The notes under the pieces are model-generated. The model had not been told where the DNA came from. It saw nothing but the letters and a program-made list of their open reading frames with translations, and ran no database searches. Made by a program: the position numbers and the translations under genes. From the NCBI GenBank assembly GCA_047495785.1, contig JBLDXI010000010.1, forward strand, positions 992,001-1,056,000: a stretch of 64,000 nucleotides of DNA, written 5' to 3'. The DNA comes from Lepidodermella squamata (Eukaryota > Animalia > Gastrotricha). This document shows positions 59,019 to 64,000 of this stretch, piece after piece. The stretch's first letter is position 1; each line of letters opens with the position of its first letter.

Positions 59019-59814
59019 GACGTCTAATCAGCTATTTTGCAAGGACGAGCGTTTTTCGTTAACGATGGCAACTTCATCGCTGCGATCAATAATTCGTGAT
59101 TCATCAGGAATCAAAACCTGGAACACCACCTTCGAGTTTAACTACCCGTTCTAGCAATAACAGCAACAGAGAAGCTCGCACTATGCTGTTGGGGAAATTT
59201 TGTGGAGGAAGTAGGACTTTCACTGGAAAGGGTGTATCCAAGAATTGTTTCCTCGCAGCGTTCGCGAGTCTCTACTTGTCTTGGTTCCAGGTTTAAGCCG
59301 TGTTGAACCTGGTTCCAAGTCGGAAAGCTGCTTTAAGCCAGAACCGTTCACCTTTCACGGCGATGTATACTAAATTTTGATAACCCACCTGCCTCTGCTA
59401 AAGCAGGGGAATTCCGACCGTTGTTGAGTGGAATTTTTGTACTATTGTGGTGTGTAAAGGTCGTAATGAGAAAGGAAAAGTAAAGCTATTTCTGCTCGAT
59501 TTTTATGTAACTGATAAATGTGTGACGTCACAGCTCAAATCAACACCACGCATTTCATTTGTTGAGTTTTCATTCGACCTATTTCGGTCTCAATTGCAGG
59601 TTACATATTCCCCTTTCCTGAAATTAATTCAAACTATGAACTATGAATGATTTTTTTCTGTACTTTGTATGCTTTGTATGACAATAAGTCCGGCAAGCAG
59701 CCGTAAATATGGTATGGCCTGTGGTCACTTTAAGGTCCAACGGATGCGGTAATATTTAAATTCTTGAAATATGACTTATTCATTTTGTTTCTTACGCGCA
59801 GAGATTTTCCACTA

Positions 59815-60043
59815 TACTTAGATTGTATCAACAGAAAAGTGACACGTTATTCTATATGGCCAAGAAATTCGTTGTTACTATCGCGGGGTTATCGCTGGGT
59901 TGATGTTGAATGCAAATTCAGCAGTCGTCTTTGTCTTTGGACCAGAGTTTTTCCCCGAACTCGAATGCCGAATGAGACCAGCGTTACCTGTTGAAGCCTC
60001 TACTATGCTTCATTCAATCATTTTCTCGCAGATTCTCTTGTAT
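59815..60043 (+). pseudogene. Degenerate fragment (ICL1-TM2-TM3) of a 37633/40761-type GPCR
   Basis: DNA matches 39085-39297 (QKSDT..YMA.KFVV...VVFVFGPE.FPE.ECR.RPAL...LHSIIFSQIL) with small indels. Confidence 0.8.
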
Positions 60044-60357
60044 AATTAAGTGGAGGGAAGCGGCGGGTCGATAGCTTGCAGTGAGAGACGTGTCTTATTA
60101 GGTGACCAGCTCGATGTTTGACAAAGCTCACGATCGAAATCGCACATTTAATAAAGAAGGGAAATTTTCTTGCAATGTTATGCAGAGTCGCGAGTCCGAC
60201 CAGGTTTTTCTGCTTCGCTTATCTCACTCTGTGTATAATATATTTGAACAAGTGAACGAGTCTTTATAGGCGGACATAAAAAATACGTTTGAAGTGAATC
60301 GCGAGCGGATTTCACTCCTCAAGCCAATCGCCATTCCTTGACATTTGCCAACAAAAA

Positions 60358-62703
60358 ATGTTTAATAGCTGTATCTCCGTTGCAGTCCTGTCACTAGCTT
60401 CTCTCATGATACCTTCAAATGTAGTTCAATGTCGAAAATACAAACTGCTGTTGCCAGCAATGCTCCAAATGCAGTACTTTCCGTCGTGCAACGCTACCTT
60501 TCATACGCTAGCCGGCTTAATCAACGCTAAGACTGAAATACTACCAGAATATGAACTTTCGGTCGATGCGAGGGATGCAGGTTTTCTTTATGATCGACAA
60601 AATCGTATCGCCGTCGATATTTTTGACTCGCCCGTTTCGAATAACACCTTCATAGCGCCTATCATTACGGGATCAGATAGCCTGTGTAATGAAGTTGCTA
60701 TGACTCTTCGAGCCCTTGGAGTTGTTCAGATTTCAATGGGATGCAGCGGAGCTTATATTACATCTCTCCGAAATCCTTACTACAACAATCTATACTCAGT
60801 CACAGCTCAGCTAATTCACAACAATTACGCAGCCCTCGAAGCTATCAAACAAATAGGGGCTTGGAAAAAAGTCGGTATTCTAACAACCTGGAGTAACAGG
60901 AATGGCCAAATCGCTGCCCAGCAACTACAAACCCTGCTAACTTCGAACGGAGTCAATGTAGCTCAGTATCTGAGTGTATTCAGCGTCCTAAGTCTCACCG
61001 CCGATGATTTCGCAGCCCTAGCGACTGTTAGGATTATCGTCGTTGTTCTCCCGGCAGTTACCGAGTGCTTAAGGCTGATGTGCATTGCTTACGAGAATGG
61101 CATCACGCCGCCTAAATTCTTCTTCGTCATGGTAAATGCAGCCTGTTTACCGGTTGCAAACGATCCAAGAGTGGCTCAAGGCTTATCATGCGGAAAAAAG
61201 GGGATCGATGTCCAGTTTACAGGGACATTGTTCGCTGGATCTCCGCTTGATTCTGCGAAAGCGATTGGTAGAAGCTCTTTGAACCAGTCTATTGCTGATT
61301 TTGACTCAGAACTGAGGAAAAATCTCGATTTTAAAATGGTCCTATCAGATTACTCAGCTCGTCTCGGCTGCTACGATTCCCTACTCGCGGCAATCTTGAG
61401 CCTCGATCAATCAGAGCGTATTTTGAGAAATAAGTTCAACCTGTCTCTACGAGACTTCAAAGCCCATCCTCTTACCATCTACAAAGTCGTGAATGAAACC
61501 GTGAGGAACTTACAATTCGATGGCCTTCGAGCAGGCAAGATATATATGGGCGGCAACAGTGGTATGCGGGATGATCTATTCATAGGTCAAGCTGTTAACG
61601 GAAAAATCAGATACCTTTCCCAACTCTCAGCCCGAGAGAAAGATGATCCTAATTCTTCAAGTTTTCCGCCCTATGAATACATCGTGTTGAACTCACCAGT
61701 CTGGCCGACGAAAACGGCCAAGCCTCCAAAAGATCTTAGTGAAATCGAAATCGATTGGAATATTTGCAGCCTAAGTACCATTATTGGGATTGCATTCATA
61801 GCAGGGCTTGTATTTATCATTCAAGTGGCTATTTATGTTAAATCAGTTTCGAGAGAAAGTGCGCCGTTCCTAGGGAAAGCTAAACAAACATTAATCCTTG
61901 CTTGCTGCTTGCTACTCAATGTATCAGGATTGTACTTGGTCTTAGGCCTAAGCTATCTTTCTTCAATAGACTGCCGGGTCGTATCGGTTCTAACAGTTCT
62001 AGGGCTTGCCCCAATTCATGCCGTAATATTTGCTCAAATCGTTGCTTACAGCCGTTTTCTTCGCTTTGGGAATGCTCCTCATGAAAGCTTTGCTGGCACG
62101 ATAGAACTTCTAGCTAATAGGAATCCGGACATGTATAACATGGAAGCGATTCTGTCGAGTGTCATAAGGAAGACGAGTTCTAACCGACTGATCAGTTATC
62201 AGATTTCCTTGATAATCCTCATTCTCAGTCAACTCACTGTTAACCCGTTACTTATTTGGATTGGGTTCGATCCTCTGAATTTCAAGATTTTTACAACCGA
62301 AGTTATGACTGACGATTATAATGGGAGGTCCTACGTTATCAAGACGCCTAATTGCCAGTCAGAGACTGGAAATTACTGGATTGCAGCCCTGCTGGGGTTC
62401 CAATTCGCTATCATGGTTGCTGCCAATGTTATTTGCATGGTTCGGGGATACATGAAGAATGCTTCAAACAAGGTAATCCAAGTTTTCAAGGTGATGAGAA
62501 TCGCGGCAGCTCATTCGATTATTTCGATTACTGTAGTAGTTTTGATTGTGCTCATTCTAATCAACTCACGGAGTGCTTGTGCTAGGAATTCTTTTCTCGG
62601 AGTCAGTTTCATGCTCTACTCACTTACTATGGCTTGCATTTTCTTGATAATGCCTTCCATCTACTTGAAACAGAAGCAATCATCCGCAGCCAGCATCACG
62701 TGA
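60358..62703 (+). CDS. Intronless GABA-B-like class C GPCR (781 aa), intact sister of 45909
   Basis: Signal peptide, EILPEYEL, WPTKTAKPPKD, WIGFDPL, 7 TM segments, short tail. Confidence 0.9.
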   Translation: MFNSCISVAVLSLASLMIPSNVVQCRKYKLLLPAMLQMQYFPSCNATFHTLAGLINAKTEILPEYELSVDARDAGFLYDRQNRIAVDIFDSPVSNNTFIAPIITGSDSLCNEVAMTLRALGVVQISMGCSGAYITSLRNPYYNNLYSVTAQLIHNNYAALEAIKQIGAWKKVGILTTWSNRNGQIAAQQLQTLLTSNGVNVAQYLSVFSVLSLTADDFAALATVRIIVVVLPAVTECLRLMCIAYENGITPPKFFFVMVNAACLPVANDPRVAQGLSCGKKGIDVQFTGTLFAGSPLDSAKAIGRSSLNQSIADFDSELRKNLDFKMVLSDYSARLGCYDSLLAAILSLDQSERILRNKFNLSLRDFKAHPLTIYKVVNETVRNLQFDGLRAGKIYMGGNSGMRDDLFIGQAVNGKIRYLSQLSAREKDDPNSSSFPPYEYIVLNSPVWPTKTAKPPKDLSEIEIDWNICSLSTIIGIAFIAGLVFIIQVAIYVKSVSRESAPFLGKAKQTLILACCLLLNVSGLYLVLGLSYLSSIDCRVVSVLTVLGLAPIHAVIFAQIVAYSRFLRFGNAPHESFAGTIELLANRNPDMYNMEAILSSVIRKTSSNRLISYQISLIILILSQLTVNPLLIWIGFDPLNFKIFTTEVMTDDYNGRSYVIKTPNCQSETGNYWIAALLGFQFAIMVAANVICMVRGYMKNASNKVIQVFKVMRIAAAHSIISITVVVLIVLILINSRSACARNSFLGVSFMLYSLTMACIFLIMPSIYLKQKQSSAASIT

Positions 62704-62930
62704 ACTAATTTTCACAGCAATCGAAATTGTGTACTGTTTGTGTTTAATGAGTGATCTGTTTAAAAAACTGAACTTTTCCGCTCGTGTGGGATATTAGAGT
62801 GATGACGCAAACTATAATAAACTTAAAATAATTTTTCCATTATATTGTTAGAACATGTTGTTGCTTCTTTGTTAGAAGGCGCGCATCGCCGTTCAGTGAG
62901 ATACAGAGAGATGTGCCAAGTCGAGATGAA

Positions 62931-63014
62931 ACTAAAATTTGGTAACCCACCTGCCTCTGCTAAGGGTAGGGTAATTTCGAAAACGGTTGACTGGAATTTT
63001 TGTATTATTGTGGT
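62931..63014 (+). repeat. Dispersed direct repeat (other copy 59369-59451)
   Basis: Shared TAACCCACCTGCCTCTGCTAA...TGGAATTTTTGTA.TATTGTGGT. Confidence 0.7.
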
Positions 63015-63897
63015 CAAGGTGGGATCTTGGATCCTGGAGCTGCCAGGGATGGACAACGTTTTTTTTGCTACATTTGCCAACATGACTATATTGCTTTCAA
63101 TCAAGAGACGAGTGAAGCGATCAAATGTTGAAACACGCTCCAGAGTCTCTCAAAATTGACGGAATAGCGGACTAAAAGATGTTCATTTTCTCGTCCTGTC
63201 CGGCCGAGCTGATGATTATAGAGGATGATTATCAAAAAGCCGATGAACAGAAAATGTGGCCTGCAAAAAATCGTTTGATCGAGATCACAGAAAACACAAT
63301 GGCTTTTACATAATAAAGAGATCGATTTTCAGCATCTTTGCAAGGCAAAAAAAGCGGGGGCCTGCTGACGTTGCCACCACCTGGTGCTATTAGTTTGAAT
63401 TATATTGAAGTTTAGATTCTTGCGCAAGGTTTAATCTTCGATGAAGTCCTGCAAGATGAATCATATTAATTCATGATCTATTTCTGGCACGCGACCGCTT
63501 CACGGCTCCAGTTTGCTAGATGATTCATAACGCAGCACCGCATGGCGCAGCGCGGCATTATGATCTACTCAACCCATCGTGTCTTACTTCAACAAAATTT
63601 TATTTATTGTTCGCAATTTATTTTCTAGAAATAATTCCCGCTTATATCTTGAAAATTTCAACAACACCGAAGCTAGCTTCCATGTTTGCAACTTCGAATG
63701 ATTCTTTATATATCAGATTAATATTCAATATTTTATAATTATACAGCGTTTATTAAGCATGTTACACGTGTTACAATGTAACAACCAATCGGACCAGATG
63801 TAAAAACCAAAATCGAAGTAACGCCTGGAAAAGACGGGAAATCTTACGCCAAATATAATTTAATTCAATACCGAACCATCTTATTCGTTTTTCAACT

Positions 63898-63947
63898 GGT
63901 TAGGGTTACGGTTAGGGTTACGGTTAGGTTATGGTTAGGTTAGGGTT
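63898..63947 (+). repeat. Short degenerate (GGTTAG)n telomere-like tract
   Basis: GGTTAGGGTTACGGTTAGGGTTACGGTTAGGTTATGGTTAGGTTAGGGTT. Confidence 0.6.
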
Positions 63948-64000
63948 GAAGTCTGGGTCTTCAAATTGGGGATTTGGAACTGTTTGGAATGATTTGGTAC

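Noticed and set aside
35020-62703. Assigning GABBR1/GABBR2 gene symbols
   Set aside because: The architecture is GABA-B-like, but the ligand loops and coiled-coil tail differ and the genes are local paralogs, so orthology is unsupported.

Overview
Eukaryotic (animal) genomic DNA from a compact, gene-dense invertebrate genome. Most introns are canonical GT-AG and about 50-60 bp; I cannot assign the taxon. There are no prokaryotic features and no rRNA or CRISPR arrays. The window is dominated by tandemly expanded cell-surface and secreted gene families. (1) Six intronless GABA-B-like class C GPCR genes (Venus flytrap + 7TM, no C-terminal tail): five are intact and one is broken by a 483-bp TIR element. 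There is also a pseudogene fragment and the 5' end of an intron-containing relative. (2) Three 3-exon genes for an unrecognised small secreted Cys/Ser/Thr-rich protein, two of them inside a segmental duplication. (3) Two tandem non-fibrillar collagens sharing an unrecognised ~250-aa N-terminal domain. (4) Six single-exon CYSTM-like genes, several behind GATA-rich promoters. (5) A NEK-like kinase fused to C-terminal ankyrin repeats, an intronless ankyrin gene and an SLC18B1-like MFS transporter. (6) A large (LamG-EGF)x5-EGF-ShKT-CCP transmembrane protein. (7) A frameshifted membrane-anchored protein with an aerolysin-like beta domain. Many non-autonomous DNA transposons (Tc2-, mariner-, P- and Mutator-like) lie between and within genes. 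All gene models were spliced by hand and all family calls rest on motif recognition; no searches were run.
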